Shown here piece after piece: positions 1 through 10,047 of a stretch of 64,000 nt of DNA (the stretch's first letter is position 1; each line of letters begins with the position of its first letter). A model generated the notes under the pieces. It was not told where the DNA came from. It searched no databases and saw nothing but the letters and a program-made list of their open reading frames with translations. The position numbers and the translations under genes were made by a program. Source of the DNA: Nisaea sp. (GTDB lineage Bacteria > Pseudomonadota > Alphaproteobacteria > Thalassobaculales > Thalassobaculaceae); NCBI RefSeq assembly GCF_965216895.1, contig NZ_OZ244205.1, positions 34,791 through 98,790 on the forward strand, given 5' to 3'.

Positions 1-150
1 ATCGACGCAAGCCGGGAGAAGCCGTCCGGCGGCGCGCTCCCGCTGCTGTCCGTAACCGGAGAATATCTCGCGTTATTGGCGCTATAACGTTGAGATTACG
101 GCGGTACGGTCTCCTTGGTCGCACAACAGCGAACCTTGAGGAGGCTGGGA

Positions 151-1257
151 ATGTCTTTCCTGACGAAATCAATACCGCTATCGGCCTGTGCGTTGCTTGC
201 TGCGGGATGCGCCGCGACGCCGGACGCCATCATCAACTATCCGCTCGCCACCAGCGACGGCACCGTCACCGTCACGCGGAATGTCAGCTGTACGGTCCGC
301 AACGAACTCATCGTGCAAACGACGGTGGCTGCGAACATGATCCACTACGCGGACCCGGTAGATCGCGGAAGTGTCCGCCTCGGCGATCTCGACGGGGCCT
401 TTTCGAACACGTCGCTGGACTTCGAGATGCATCCGGACGGGCGCCTCAAAGGGGTGAACACCTCAAGTACGGGCCAAGGTCAAACGGTCCTGAATGCCGC
501 GCTTAAACTGGCCGGAACGGTCTTGCCCTTGGCCGGAGTAGCGGGTGTCATGCCGCTTGCGGAAATTGAAGCGCCGGATGCCTCGCCCGAAGAACGGACC
601 CGCCTTGCCCTCGCGAAGAAGATCTGCGACTACATCAACGACGGCGAGATGAAGGACGGGAAACCGGTGCGCAGCAAGTCGGTTTCTTTGACGTTCGATG
701 CCACGATGAACGGTGACCGGGTCGCACTGGACAGCATGCTCGCCTTCAGGCCGAGGCCGAGCAGCGAATTTGCGTGGAAGGAGCTCCAGCCTGCGCTGGG
801 CAATATTTCTGGGCGAGTCACCGTTCGTCAGTCCGACTTCGTACCGGTGACGCTGGGCCCCGATATCGCGGCCGGCGCCTATCTGAAGATGCGTGAGCCC
901 GCGATGGCGGATATCGAGATCAATATGGGGCCGGGGGTGCTCGTCAGCGAGGACTGGACCGGGACGGTCATGCTCGCCCAGTTCGGCCCCGAATACGAAA
1001 TTCCGATCCCGAAATCCGCTCTTTTCGGCAAACAGACCTTCGAGCTCGCCGTTTCCGAAGCGGGGCGTGTCACCAAGATCGGATACGGCAAGGACACCGG
1101 AGCGGCCGAAGCGCTCGGCGTGGCGCAAACCGCGGTCGACATGTTCAAAGACGAGAGCGCGGCGTCGGAGGCGAAGAAGCTGAATGACGAAGCCGATGTG
1201 ATCAAGGCACAACAGCGGCTCACGAAATGCCAGGCCGATCCCGCCACCTGTGAATAG
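151..1257 (+). CDS. Hypothetical lipoprotein
   Basis: ATG at 151 with GAGGAG RBS at 138-143; signal peptide with lipobox LAAG-C; no recognised catalytic motif. Confidence 0.8.
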   Translation: MSFLTKSIPLSACALLAAGCAATPDAIINYPLATSDGTVTVTRNVSCTVRNELIVQTTVAANMIHYADPVDRGSVRLGDLDGAFSNTSLDFEMHPDGRLKGVNTSSTGQGQTVLNAALKLAGTVLPLAGVAGVMPLAEIEAPDASPEERTRLALAKKICDYINDGEMKDGKPVRSKSVSLTFDATMNGDRVALDSMLAFRPRPSSEFAWKELQPALGNISGRVTVRQSDFVPVTLGPDIAAGAYLKMREPAMADIEINMGPGVLVSEDWTGTVMLAQFGPEYEIPIPKSALFGKQTFELAVSEAGRVTKIGYGKDTGAAEALGVAQTAVDMFKDESAASEAKKLNDEADVIKAQQRLTKCQADPATCE

Positions 1258-1276
1258 CAGCCGGGACTGACCTGAC

Positions 1277-1309
1277 CTCGGGCAAGTGCGACTATTGCGC
1301 TTGCCCGGG
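1277..1309. terminator. Hairpin between convergent genes, likely bidirectional terminator
   Basis: CGGGCAAGTGCG-actat-TGCGCTTGCCCG, 12-bp stem with two G-U pairs; no U-tract. Confidence 0.5.
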
Positions 1310-1321
1310 GGGCTGAGCGTC

Positions 1322-2227
1322 TCAGACCGTCCCCTCCAGCGCTTCCTTCTCCTTCTGAAACAGCCGTGCCAGTTCGTCCATCATCGCGCGGACCCGGGGC
1401 AGGGTGCGCAGATCTCGATGGACCAGCATCCACTGGTCGGCGATGACGTCCTCCAGAACCGGCGTCGCGCGGACCAGAGACGGATCCGCATCGCCGACAA
1501 AGCAGGGCAGCACGGTCACGCCGGCGCCGGACGAGACCGCGTAATGCAGACTGTTGCCATTGTTCGTGCGTATGGCCGGCGAACGGTTGCCGAGCAGGCG
1601 GCTGATCCATGCCTGGCCCGGCATGTAGTGGTGCTCCTCATCGAAGCCGATCCACGGCAGGTAGGCGAGGGAGCCGTTCAGAGCGTCTCTTTCGGGACTG
1701 CCGATCTGCCCGACCAGCTGCGGCGTGCCGTAGACCGCATAGCGGAAGCGGCCGATCCGCCGTGTCACCAGGTCTGCGGCGTCCGGCACCACTTCGCGAA
1801 TGGAGATGTCCGCTTCCCGGCGCGACAGGTTCGCCATCAGGTGGGTGACGTGGAACTCGATCTCGATCTCCGGCAGGCGGTCGCGCAGTTCGACGAGATG
1901 CCGGGTCAGGAACTGCATCATGTGCTCGCCGACCGAGACCCGCACCGTGCCGCGCGCCGTGTCGGTAAGGCCGAGGCTGCGGCGCTCGATGGCCTGTGCG
2001 GCATCGTCCATCGCCTCGACATCGGCGAGCAGCTGTTCCGCCGCCGGCGTAAGCACGTAGCCGTCCGGCAGACGGTCGAACAGCCTGGCGCCGATAGCGT
2101 CCTCCAGAGACTTCACGCGGCGCGCGACGGTCGGATGACTGACATTCAATGCCTTCGCCGCTGCCGTGAGGCTGCGTTCGCGTGCGAGGGTCAGAAAGAC
2201 CCGGTAATCGTCCCAGTCGGTCAACAT
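1322..2227 (-). CDS. LysR-family transcriptional regulator
   Basis: N-terminal wHTH (SLTAAAKALNVSHPTVARRVKSLE...LFDR) plus substrate-binding domain; 301 aa; divergent from the ABC gene. Confidence 0.95.
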   Translation of the reverse strand: MLTDWDDYRVFLTLARERSLTAAAKALNVSHPTVARRVKSLEDAIGARLFDRLPDGYVLTPAAEQLLADVEAMDDAAQAIERRSLGLTDTARGTVRVSVGEHMMQFLTRHLVELRDRLPEIEIEFHVTHLMANLSRREADISIREVVPDAADLVTRRIGRFRYAVYGTPQLVGQIGSPERDALNGSLAYLPWIGFDEEHHYMPGQAWISRLLGNRSPAIRTNNGNSLHYAVSSGAGVTVLPCFVGDADPSLVRATPVLEDVIADQWMLVHRDLRTLPRVRAMMDELARLFQKEKEALEGTV

Positions 2228-2249
2228 GAGCGCACCCTACTGCGAGTGG

Positions 2250-2293
2250 ATCGCAATTTTGCAGTACAAATTTGTTCATTGCGATGCAAAATT
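2250..2293. promoter_or_regulatory. AT-rich divergent promoter region with nested inverted repeats, probable LysR operator
   Basis: ATCGCAAT (2250-2257)/ATTGCGAT (2278-2285); palindrome ACAAATTTGT (2266-2275); AATTTTGCA/TGCAAAATT. Confidence 0.45.
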
Positions 2294-2391
2294 TATCCAA
2301 CGCTGGAATATTATCATTCGGATAATCTGATCGCGGTTGGAATCCGGACGCTGGCTCCCGCGCGTCCGGACTGTCGCAAGGGGACCCAGCG

Positions 2392-5300
2392 ATGCATTTC
2401 GAGACCCGGCTCTGGCAATTCACCGAAGGCGTCCGTGGGCGCATTTCCTGGGCAATACTGGTCGGCCTGCTCGGGGTCACCCTCGGCGTGGCGCGGCTCG
2501 GTCTGCTTGGCTGGCTCATCGGACAGGTCTTTGCCGGGAAGTCGCTGACGGAGCTCTGGCCCGCGATCGCCGGGATCGCGGCCGTCATGGTCGCCCGCGG
2601 CTGGGTCGAGCAGTGGCGCAACATGGTGGCGCACGAGACTGCGGCCAAGGTGCAGATCAGCCTCCGACGCAAGGTTTACGACAAGCTTGCGAGCCTCGGC
2701 CCGGCCTATGTCGGGCGGGAGCGGTCCGGCACGATCTCGCTGGCGCTGACCGACGCGGTGGACCGGCTCGAGGTCTATTTCGGCCAGTACCTGCCGCAGC
2801 TCGCGGTCTCGTTGCTGACTCCGCTGCTGATCTTTGCCTTCGTTGCCTGGATCGACCTGCCGGTGGCGGCGGTGATGCTGGCATTCGCCCTGGTCGCGGT
2901 CTTTGCCCCCTCGCTCTGGCACAGTTCGAACGAGAAAAGCGCCCGGCGGCGGCAGCAGGCCTATGCCTCCTTCGCCGCGGAGTTCCTGGATTCCCTCCAG
3001 GGCCTCGCCACCCTCAAGGCGTTCGGCCAGAGCAAGGCGCGGGGCGACGTGCTGGAGGTGAAGGCTCGCGAGGTCTTCCGCAGTACGATGTGGGTGCTGA
3101 GCGGCAATGTTCTGGCGCGCGGCATCACCGACAGCGCGATCGCCTGCGGCGCTGCGGCGGCGCTCGCGCTCGGCGCCTTCCGGGTGACCGAGGGCCAGCT
3201 CGAACTGACATCGCTGCTCGTCATTCTGATGCTCGGGGTCGAGGTCTTCCGGCCGATGCGCGAACTGCGCAATGTGCTGCACGAAGGCATGGTCGGGCTC
3301 TCCGCCGCAAAGGGCATCTACCGCGTGCTCGACGGCGAACCGGACGTGGAGGATGCGCTGTCTCCCGCCGGCGGCAAACTGGAACCCTCCATCGCCTTCG
3401 AACAGGTCGGTTTCCGCTATCCGGGCAACCAGCGCACCGTGCATGACGGGCTGGACTTCGCCGTGCAGCCTGGCGAGCGCATCGGACTCGTGGGCCCGAG
3501 CGGCTGCGGCAAGAGTTCCGTCGTCCGGCTCCTGCTGCGCTTTTTCGATCCGGTCGAGGGCCGCATCCTCCTCGGCGGAAAGCCGCTCAACGAGCTTTCC
3601 TTCGAGCAGATCCGTTCGATGATCTCCGTCGTCAACCAGGACACTTTCCTCTTTCACGGCACGGTCGAGGAGAATATCCGCATGGGTGATCCGGCGGCGG
3701 ATCACGCGTCTGTCGTCGCGGCGGCCCGGGCGGCGAACATCCACGCGTTCATCGAGGGGCTGCCCGACGGTTACGGCACGGTGATCGGGGAGCGCGGAAT
3801 CAAGCTTTCCGGCGGCCAGCGCCAGCGCGTGGCGATTGCCCGGGCGCTGCTGCGCGATACCCCGATCCTCGTGCTCGACGAGGCGCTGTCGGCGGTGGAT
3901 GCCGAGAACGAGGCGGTGATCCAGGGCGCGCTGAACCGGCTGATGAAGGGGCGGACCACGCTCGTTCTCGCGCACCGGCTTTCCAGCGTGATCGATTGCG
4001 ACCGGATCCTCGTGCTCGACCAAGGCAAGGTGGCCGAGGAGGGGACCCATTCCGTACTGATGAAGGCAGGCGGCATCTATGCGGGGCTGATGGCGGAGCA
4101 GGCGCGCGAAGCCGCCGCCGCGAAGACGGGCGAGCCGGCAGCGGTGCAGGAAGAGGCGCCGGAACCGGCCGGCGAGACCCTCTCCGACATTCCCGGCGGC
4201 GCGGTGCAGGCGCCGACCGAGGGCATCATCAAGGCCGAAGGGCTGTCCTGGTTCGAGGTCGTCGTCGAGCTGATGAAAGTGATCATGCCCTGGAAGGGGC
4301 GGCTCCTTTTCACTTTCCTTTTTGGCGTGCTCCGGGTGGTGGGCTTCATCGGCGTCGGCGTGCTGAGTGCACTCGTCGTGCTGGCACTGAAGAACGGGGA
4401 AGACTTCACGCCCTTTCTCTGGGCGCTCGCGGCGGTGGCGCCGCTCTCCGGCGTGCTGCACTGGCTCGAGAGCTGGCTCGCCCACGATATGGCTTTCCGA
4501 CTCCTGGCCGAGATGCGGGTCGAGGCCTATCGCAAGCTCGATGCGCTGGCGCCCGCCTATCTCGTCCGCCGCCGCACCGGCGACCTGATGACGCTGGTCA
4601 CCCACGATATCGAACTGGTCGAGTATTTCTTCGCCCACACCGTGGCGCCGGCTTTCGTCGCCATTCTTGTGCCGGGCTGCGTACTGCTCTGGCTCGGAGC
4701 GGAGAGCCCGGCCCTGGCCCTTGCTCTCATTCCCTTCCTGCTCGCGGTCGGGATCAGCCCGTTCCTGATGCGCCGCCGGGTCGACAGGCTCGGCTCGGAA
4801 GCGCGCGAGGCTTCGGGCGAGCTCGGCGCCTTTGCGGTGGACAGCGTGCAGGGCCTTGGCGAGATCGTCGCCTTCCAGCAGGAGGCGGAGCGCGGCGACA
4901 AGCTGGACGAGCTGGGCCAGCGCCATATCAACCTGCGTCTGCCCTTCTTTCGCCAGCTCACGGCGCAGCAGAGCCTGCTGGAAACTTTCACCGGTCTTGG
5001 CGGTCTCGCCATCGTCGTCACCGGGGCGGCGCTCGCCGCCGCCGGCGCGATCGATCCGGGCGTACTGCCTTTGCTGACCATCCTCGCCATGGCCGCCTTC
5101 CTGCCGGTCTCGGAGATTGCGCAGATCGGCCGCCAGCTCGCCGATACGCTCGGCTCCACCCGCCGGGTCTACGGGCTCTGGAACGAGCCGGTACCGGTGA
5201 CGGACGGACCGGGGGTGGCGGCCAAGGAGGGGCCGGTTTCGCTCGCTCTCGAAAAGGTGGATTTCCGCTATCCGGGGCAGACCCGGCGGGCGATCCGCGA

Positions 5301-5979
5301 TTTCAGCCTCGAGATTCCGGCCGGCAAGACGGTGGCGCTGGTCGGCACCTCCGGCGCCGGAAAGACCACGCTGGCGCAGATGCTGATGCGGTTCTGGGAC
5401 CCGGACGCGGGCCGGGTGATGATGAACGGGACGGATCTCCGAGACTACAGGCTCGACGAACTGCGCAGCCGGATCGCGCTGGTCGCCCAGGACACCTATC
5501 TGTTCAACGATACGCTCCGCGCCAACATCCTGCTGGCGAAACCGGGCGCATGCGAGGAGGAGCTCAAGGACGCGGTGCGCCACGCCTCTTTGGAGGATCT
5601 GGTGGCAATTCTGCCCGACGGGCTCGATACCCAGGTCGGCGAGCGCGGCACCAGCCTTTCCGGCGGTCAGCGCCAGCGCGTCGCCATCGCCCGGGCGTTT
5701 CTCAAGGACGCGCCGGTGCTGATTCTCGACGAGGCGACCTCGCATCTCGATGCGGTGAACGAGCGCGCTGTGCGCATGGCCCTCGACCGGCTGCAGTCAG
5801 ACCGCACCACGGTGGTCATCGCGCACCGCCTTTCCACCGTCCGTGACGCCGATCTGATCGCGGTGCTGAGCGAGGGCGCGCTGATGGAGACGGGCACGCA
5901 CGAGGAGCTGGTAGCCAAGGGCGGACTCTATGCGAAGCTGGTCTCCCACCAGCTCGCATCCGCCGTGGCTGCGGAGTAG
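2392..5979 (+). CDS. Single-chain ABC transporter, TMD-NBD-TMD-NBD (type IV fold; CydDC/IrtAB/YbtPQ-like)
   Basis: Two Walker A motifs (GPSGCGKS, GTSGAGKT), two LSGGQRQR signatures, two Walker B motifs and H-loops, two multi-TM domains; 1195 aa. Confidence 0.92.
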   Translation: MHFETRLWQFTEGVRGRISWAILVGLLGVTLGVARLGLLGWLIGQVFAGKSLTELWPAIAGIAAVMVARGWVEQWRNMVAHETAAKVQISLRRKVYDKLASLGPAYVGRERSGTISLALTDAVDRLEVYFGQYLPQLAVSLLTPLLIFAFVAWIDLPVAAVMLAFALVAVFAPSLWHSSNEKSARRRQQAYASFAAEFLDSLQGLATLKAFGQSKARGDVLEVKAREVFRSTMWVLSGNVLARGITDSAIACGAAAALALGAFRVTEGQLELTSLLVILMLGVEVFRPMRELRNVLHEGMVGLSAAKGIYRVLDGEPDVEDALSPAGGKLEPSIAFEQVGFRYPGNQRTVHDGLDFAVQPGERIGLVGPSGCGKSSVVRLLLRFFDPVEGRILLGGKPLNELSFEQIRSMISVVNQDTFLFHGTVEENIRMGDPAADHASVVAAARAANIHAFIEGLPDGYGTVIGERGIKLSGGQRQRVAIARALLRDTPILVLDEALSAVDAENEAVIQGALNRLMKGRTTLVLAHRLSSVIDCDRILVLDQGKVAEEGTHSVLMKAGGIYAGLMAEQAREAAAAKTGEPAAVQEEAPEPAGETLSDIPGGAVQAPTEGIIKAEGLSWFEVVVELMKVIMPWKGRLLFTFLFGVLRVVGFIGVGVLSALVVLALKNGEDFTPFLWALAAVAPLSGVLHWLESWLAHDMAFRLLAEMRVEAYRKLDALAPAYLVRRRTGDLMTLVTHDIELVEYFFAHTVAPAFVAILVPGCVLLWLGAESPALALALIPFLLAVGISPFLMRRRVDRLGSEAREASGELGAFAVDSVQGLGEIVAFQQEAERGDKLDELGQRHINLRLPFFRQLTAQQSLLETFTGLGGLAIVVTGAALAAAGAIDPGVLPLLTILAMAAFLPVSEIAQIGRQLADTLGSTRRVYGLWNEPVPVTDGPGVAAKEGPVSLALEKVDFRYPGQTRRAIRDFSLEIPAGKTVALVGTSGAGKTTLAQMLMRFWDPDAGRVMMNGTDLRDYRLDELRSRIALVAQDTYLFNDTLRANILLAKPGACEEELKDAVRHASLEDLVAILPDGLDTQVGERGTSLSGGQRQRVAIARAFLKDAPVLILDEATSHLDAVNERAVRMALDRLQSDRTTVVIAHRLSTVRDADLIAVLSEGALMETGTHEELVAKGGLYAKLVSHQLASAVAAE

Positions 5980-5998
5980 GTCAAACCTGCCGAAATGG

Positions 5999-6031
5999 GT
6001 CGTCATCCCCGCGTTCGCGGGGGATGACGAC
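5999..6031. repeat. REP-like GC-rich hairpin between convergent genes
   Basis: GTCGTCATCCCCGCGTTCGCGGGGGATGACGAC folds to about 15 bp with one bulge; resembles alphaproteobacterial GTCATCCCCGCG-type palindromic elements. Confidence 0.55.
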
Positions 6032-6072
6032 TGTCTTGGGAGGATTGAGGTTAAGTGCCGAAAGGGCTGAGG

Positions 6073-7230
6073 CTACTCGAGCGTTTCCAGCAGTCGCACC
6101 CACATCTTGGCGCGGGGTTCCAGCGAGGAGAAATAGATCTTCTCTTCCAGCGTATGGGCGCCCGCGCCGTCGGCGCCGAGGCCGTCCAGGGTGGGGACGC
6201 CGAGGGCAGCGGTGAAGTTGCCGTCGCTGCCGCCGCCGGTGGTGGTGGTGGCCTCGAGCGCGAGCCCGACCTCCGCAGCGCATTTTCGCGCATGCTCGAA
6301 GAGCTTCAGGCTTTCCTCGGTGGCCTCGAAGGGCGGGCGGTTCATGCCGCCGGCGACCTCGACACTGACGTCCGGATTCTGGGCCTCGAGCGCCAGGATC
6401 CGCGCCGTCATCTCTTCACCGTCTTCCTTTGTCAGCACCCGAAGATCGATCTCGGCGACCACGTCGCGCGCGACCACGTTCACAGCCGTGCCGCCGCTGA
6501 CCAGGCCGACATTGGTGGTGACGCCGCGTTCGTAGTCGACCATGGCGTCGATCGCCTTGATCTGGTTGGCGAGCTCGCTGATCGCGCTGCGGCCGTCCTC
6601 GTGCTTGGCGCCGGCATGTGCGGGGCGGCCGGTGATCTTCAACGTGAAGCGGCCGACGCCCTTGCGCGAGACCACGACCTTGCCGCCGTCGCGGGCAGGT
6701 TCGGTGACCAGCACGTATTTGGCCTTGCGGGCCTCTTCCTCGATGATCTCCTGGGAGATCGGGCTGCCGACCTCCTCCTCGGAGACATATAGGAAGGTCA
6801 CGGGCAGCTTCGTCGTGCGCCCGAGACGCTGCAGGTGACGGTAGGCGTAGTAGGGCAGGTAGGCCCCCGCCTTCATGTCGTAGATGCCGGGGCCATAGAC
6901 TTCGTCGCCCTCGCGGCGGATCTTCAACGCGCCCTCCTTCACGCCGATCGGATGCACCGTGTCGATGTGGCTGAGCACGAGGATGCCCTTTTCGCCGGAG
7001 GCGTTCTCGGTGCGTGCGCGAACGATATCGCCGAAGCCATCGCGGCCCGGCGTCCGTTCGATCGCGAGGCCCAGCCCCTGATAGAGGCCCTGAACCTTGT
7101 CCACGACTTTGTTCACGGCCGCCGCGTCGGTGGTCGGGCTTTCCGCTTCGACCCAGTCGAGGATGCCGTCCAGGATTTCTTCGGGTTCGACTTTCGGAGT
7201 GTTGGATTGGGCGCTGGAGTCCGGGCTCAT
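6073..7230 (-). CDS. M20-family metallopeptidase (glutamate carboxypeptidase-like)
   Basis: SHIDTVHP, DMKAG, SEEEVGS, EPAR and GAGAHT metal/catalytic motifs; GGGSDGN. Confidence 0.9.
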   Translation of the reverse strand: MSPDSSAQSNTPKVEPEEILDGILDWVEAESPTTDAAAVNKVVDKVQGLYQGLGLAIERTPGRDGFGDIVRARTENASGEKGILVLSHIDTVHPIGVKEGALKIRREGDEVYGPGIYDMKAGAYLPYYAYRHLQRLGRTTKLPVTFLYVSEEEVGSPISQEIIEEEARKAKYVLVTEPARDGGKVVVSRKGVGRFTLKITGRPAHAGAKHEDGRSAISELANQIKAIDAMVDYERGVTTNVGLVSGGTAVNVVARDVVAEIDLRVLTKEDGEEMTARILALEAQNPDVSVEVAGGMNRPPFEATEESLKLFEHARKCAAEVGLALEATTTTGGGSDGNFTAALGVPTLDGLGADGAGAHTLEEKIYFSSLEPRAKMWVRLLETLE

Positions 7231-7255
7231 TGGGGCGCGGCCTTTCGTTTGGATG

Positions 7256-9070
7256 TTATTTTTGTGCTGCGTCCTCCGGCGGAAGACGCCGGAAGCTGAC
7301 GGGGCTTGAGAAGCCTCTTATAGCTTGGCGATCCTGCTCCATCCATTGCGAATTCAGAATGTGCGCCGCCGCCGGATCGGCGGCAATCGTCTCGCTCAGA
7401 ACGATCTCACCCGGCCGTGCCTTGCCTTGAAGGCGGGCCGCCATGTTCACCGTGCCGCCGAAATAGTCGAGCCGCCCATTGAGCGTGACGGCGATGCAGG
7501 GACCGGCATGAAGTCCGAGTTTGAGGCCGATCGGGCTGCCCTGGTGCCGTTGGTTGAAGTCTCGCACGTGAGCGCGGATCTCCAGTGCTGCAGCCAGCGC
7601 GCTTTCCGGCTCGGTGAAGGCGGCCATTACCGCGTCGCCGATGGTCTTCACCACGCCGCCGTCATGCTCGCGGACGATACGGGAGAGAAAGTCGAAATGC
7701 TCGCGAACCAGGCCGTAGGCCGGGGCGTCGCCGATCCGTTCGTAGAGCGCAGTGGAGCCGGAAAGGTCGGTGAACATCAGTGCGATATGGGCGATGCCGA
7801 CCTCGTCGCCGCCGCGCAGCACGTCTTCGGCGAAGAGATGGCGGAAGGCCTGCATCGTGGTGACCCGGTGCGCGGTCAGCGCGTCTTCGGCCCAGTCCCG
7901 CGCCTCGACGATGACCACGCGCGGGCGCTCGCAGCGGTTTCTCAGCGTCACGATGCCCGGCGCCGCGGTCTCCGCTTCCGCCGCGATCCCCTTCTCGTCG
8001 ATCGCGATGGCAGGGAAACCCCCGCCGGAAAAATCGAGAATGCGCTCCGGGCCCGGCTCCAGCGTCCGGATCCGGTAGGACCCGGGTGCGAGCTCCGTCT
8101 CCACGTCTTCGCTGCCGCCGGGAGCGATGCGGACCTGCAGGCGGACATGCGGCGTCGACATCGGACCGAAGAGGCAGAACTCGCCATGCACCACCTTGCG
8201 GATGCTGGCCGCGGGCTGGAAGGTCAACTCCACATTGCGGGCGAAGTCGCGGTCGTAGCTGACGTTGCAGGACGCGCAGTGCGCTCCCTGGGGCAACTCG
8301 TCGAGACTGGTCTCGGAGAGCTTGGCGCCCTTGCAGCGCGGGCAGAGCAGGTCCCAGCGGCTTTCCAGCAGCCCGTCTTTTACCGCCTCGAGACAGAGCT
8401 CGATGACGTGGCGTTCCTCTTCCTGCCACATGCGGGCAAGTTTCAGAGGGCGGATGCTCATCAAATCGACTTCCTGCGCCGAGAGCAGCCAGTCGGCGAG
8501 CGTTTGACCGAGCCCGTGCCCGTAGCGCGACGCATCGACGCGGCCGAGTGCCGTTTCCAGTCTCCGGCTGTGGGTCTCGTCGAGCATCAGCGGTTCGGTC
8601 GGGTAGGGCGTGTCCGCCTGCTCCTTCGCCCAGGCTTCCACCTGCTCGGCGACGCGATGGAAGTCGCGCTCGGTCGCGGCGAAGACGCCCTTGCGTGCGA
8701 TCAGGCCGCCGAGCAGTCCGGCCGGTTCGACATCGATCCGGTAGCGGACGGTACAGCCGCTTTCCCCGTCCTCGAAACGGACGAGGACATTGAGCTGTTT
8801 CAACGGACCTTTCAGGAACAGTCGGCGATGGCGGAACCAGCGCCCGGCGGCCCATTCCTGGGGGATGTCTTCCCAGTGCAGGGTGAAGGGGCCGAGTTTC
8901 GCCGTGGCGAAGAAGCGGACACTGCCGTCCGGCTGCAACTCCTCCCGGATCTGGTGTTTCGGCAGGCCGATGGACTCGTTGTAGCGCCTGGTGTCGGCGA
9001 GCGCTTCCCATACAAGCTCGCGCGGTGCCTCGAAGTGCCGCACGAACTCCCGGGAGAGCGGGGCGCTCAT
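7256..9070 (-). CDS. Class III adenylate cyclase with N-terminal SRPBCC-like and DUF5939-like domains
   Basis: [33 protein letters not shown] (K and D indicate ATP specificity); CPRC...CASC; ATGA overlap with upstream gene. Confidence 0.85.
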   Translation of the reverse strand: MSAPLSREFVRHFEAPRELVWEALADTRRYNESIGLPKHQIREELQPDGSVRFFATAKLGPFTLHWEDIPQEWAAGRWFRHRRLFLKGPLKQLNVLVRFEDGESGCTVRYRIDVEPAGLLGGLIARKGVFAATERDFHRVAEQVEAWAKEQADTPYPTEPLMLDETHSRRLETALGRVDASRYGHGLGQTLADWLLSAQEVDLMSIRPLKLARMWQEEERHVIELCLEAVKDGLLESRWDLLCPRCKGAKLSETSLDELPQGAHCASCNVSYDRDFARNVELTFQPAASIRKVVHGEFCLFGPMSTPHVRLQVRIAPGGSEDVETELAPGSYRIRTLEPGPERILDFSGGGFPAIAIDEKGIAAEAETAAPGIVTLRNRCERPRVVIVEARDWAEDALTAHRVTTMQAFRHLFAEDVLRGGDEVGIAHIALMFTDLSGSTALYERIGDAPAYGLVREHFDFLSRIVREHDGGVVKTIGDAVMAAFTEPESALAAALEIRAHVRDFNQRHQGSPIGLKLGLHAGPCIAVTLNGRLDYFGGTVNMAARLQGKARPGEIVLSETIAADPAAAHILNSQWMEQDRQAIRGFSSPVSFRRLPPEDAAQK

Positions 9071-9915
9071 CCGTCCCGGCCGTCTTCCTGCTGGGCCAGG
9101 AATTCCTCGCCGAGCGGCACATAGAAGGCGGCGGCGAATCCTGCGAGCTCGCGGGCCGGGACATTGAATGGCGGCTTAACGCCGCCGCGGAAATGGGTCC
9201 GCACCAGATGCTGCCAGGTCTCGATCCTGGGTTTGCCTTCGCGGTCGCAGACATGGTCGAACCAGCGCTTGCCGACGGCGACATGGGTGATTTCGTCGTC
9301 GAAGATCACCTGCAGGATCTCGGCGCTCGCGTCGTCGCCGACCTCGCGCATTTTCTTGATCATCGCCGGCGTCACGTCGAGGCCGCGCGCCTCGAGCACC
9401 AGCGGTACGATGGAGAGACGGGCGAGCAGATCGGACGCTGTCTCGGTCGCCGCCTGCCAGAGACCGTCATGTGCATTCAGGGCACCGTAGTACGAGCCGA
9501 GTTCCTCGAGCCGGTCGGAGAGCATCAGAAAATGCTTCGACTCGTCGTCGGCGACCTTCATCCAGTCGATGTAGAAGCCTTCCGGCAGATCGTGATCGGT
9601 GTAACGCGCGATCATGTCCCAGGAGAGATCGACCGCGTTCAGTTCGATATGGGCGAGAGCATGCAGCAGGGCGACGCGGCCCCCGGGCGCCTCGGTGATC
9701 TTGCGCTTCGGCACTTCCCGCGGCGGCCGCAGCGCAGGGTTTTCCGGGCGCCCGGGGCGCTCCGGCGGTGTCGCAGAGCCGATCCCTTCGAAGCGGCCGT
9801 CCCGCCATGCGGCGACGGCCGCGCGGCCGAGGGTTGCCTTCTCGCGCGTATCGGCGGTCTCGAGGACGGCAACCGCGGCGTCGGCCAAAGTCTTGAGGTT
9901 CTTCACGTCGGACAT
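9067..9915 (-). CDS. Ferritin-like DUF455 protein
   Basis: [41 protein letters not shown]...R; start set at MSDVK (9915). Confidence 0.9.
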   Translation of the reverse strand: MSDVKNLKTLADAAVAVLETADTREKATLGRAAVAAWRDGRFEGIGSATPPERPGRPENPALRPPREVPKRKITEAPGGRVALLHALAHIELNAVDLSWDMIARYTDHDLPEGFYIDWMKVADDESKHFLMLSDRLEELGSYYGALNAHDGLWQAATETASDLLARLSIVPLVLEARGLDVTPAMIKKMREVGDDASAEILQVIFDDEITHVAVGKRWFDHVCDREGKPRIETWQHLVRTHFRGGVKPPFNVPARELAGFAAAFYVPLGEEFLAQQEDGRDG

Positions 9916-10047
9916 GCGGACCCGTTCATTTTGTGCTCGGTGTCTATCAGGTTGTACGCGCTCCGGGGCGGTTCGGTCCACTTTTGGTGCCGTTGCGGCG
10001 AATGCATGGCAGGGCCTATAACCGGACGAGACCTCAGGAGGGACAAC

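Noticed and set aside
2306-2319. GAATATTATCATTC as a Fur box upstream of the ABC transporter
   Set aside because: Only about half of the 19-bp consensus matches; too weak to call
2314-5745. 1143-aa antisense ORF, and similar long shadow ORFs such as 18200-19912, 20701-22659, 28263-30344 and 47587-49128
   Set aside because: They lie antisense to well-supported genes, carry no family motifs, and are expected in high-GC DNA with few stop codons
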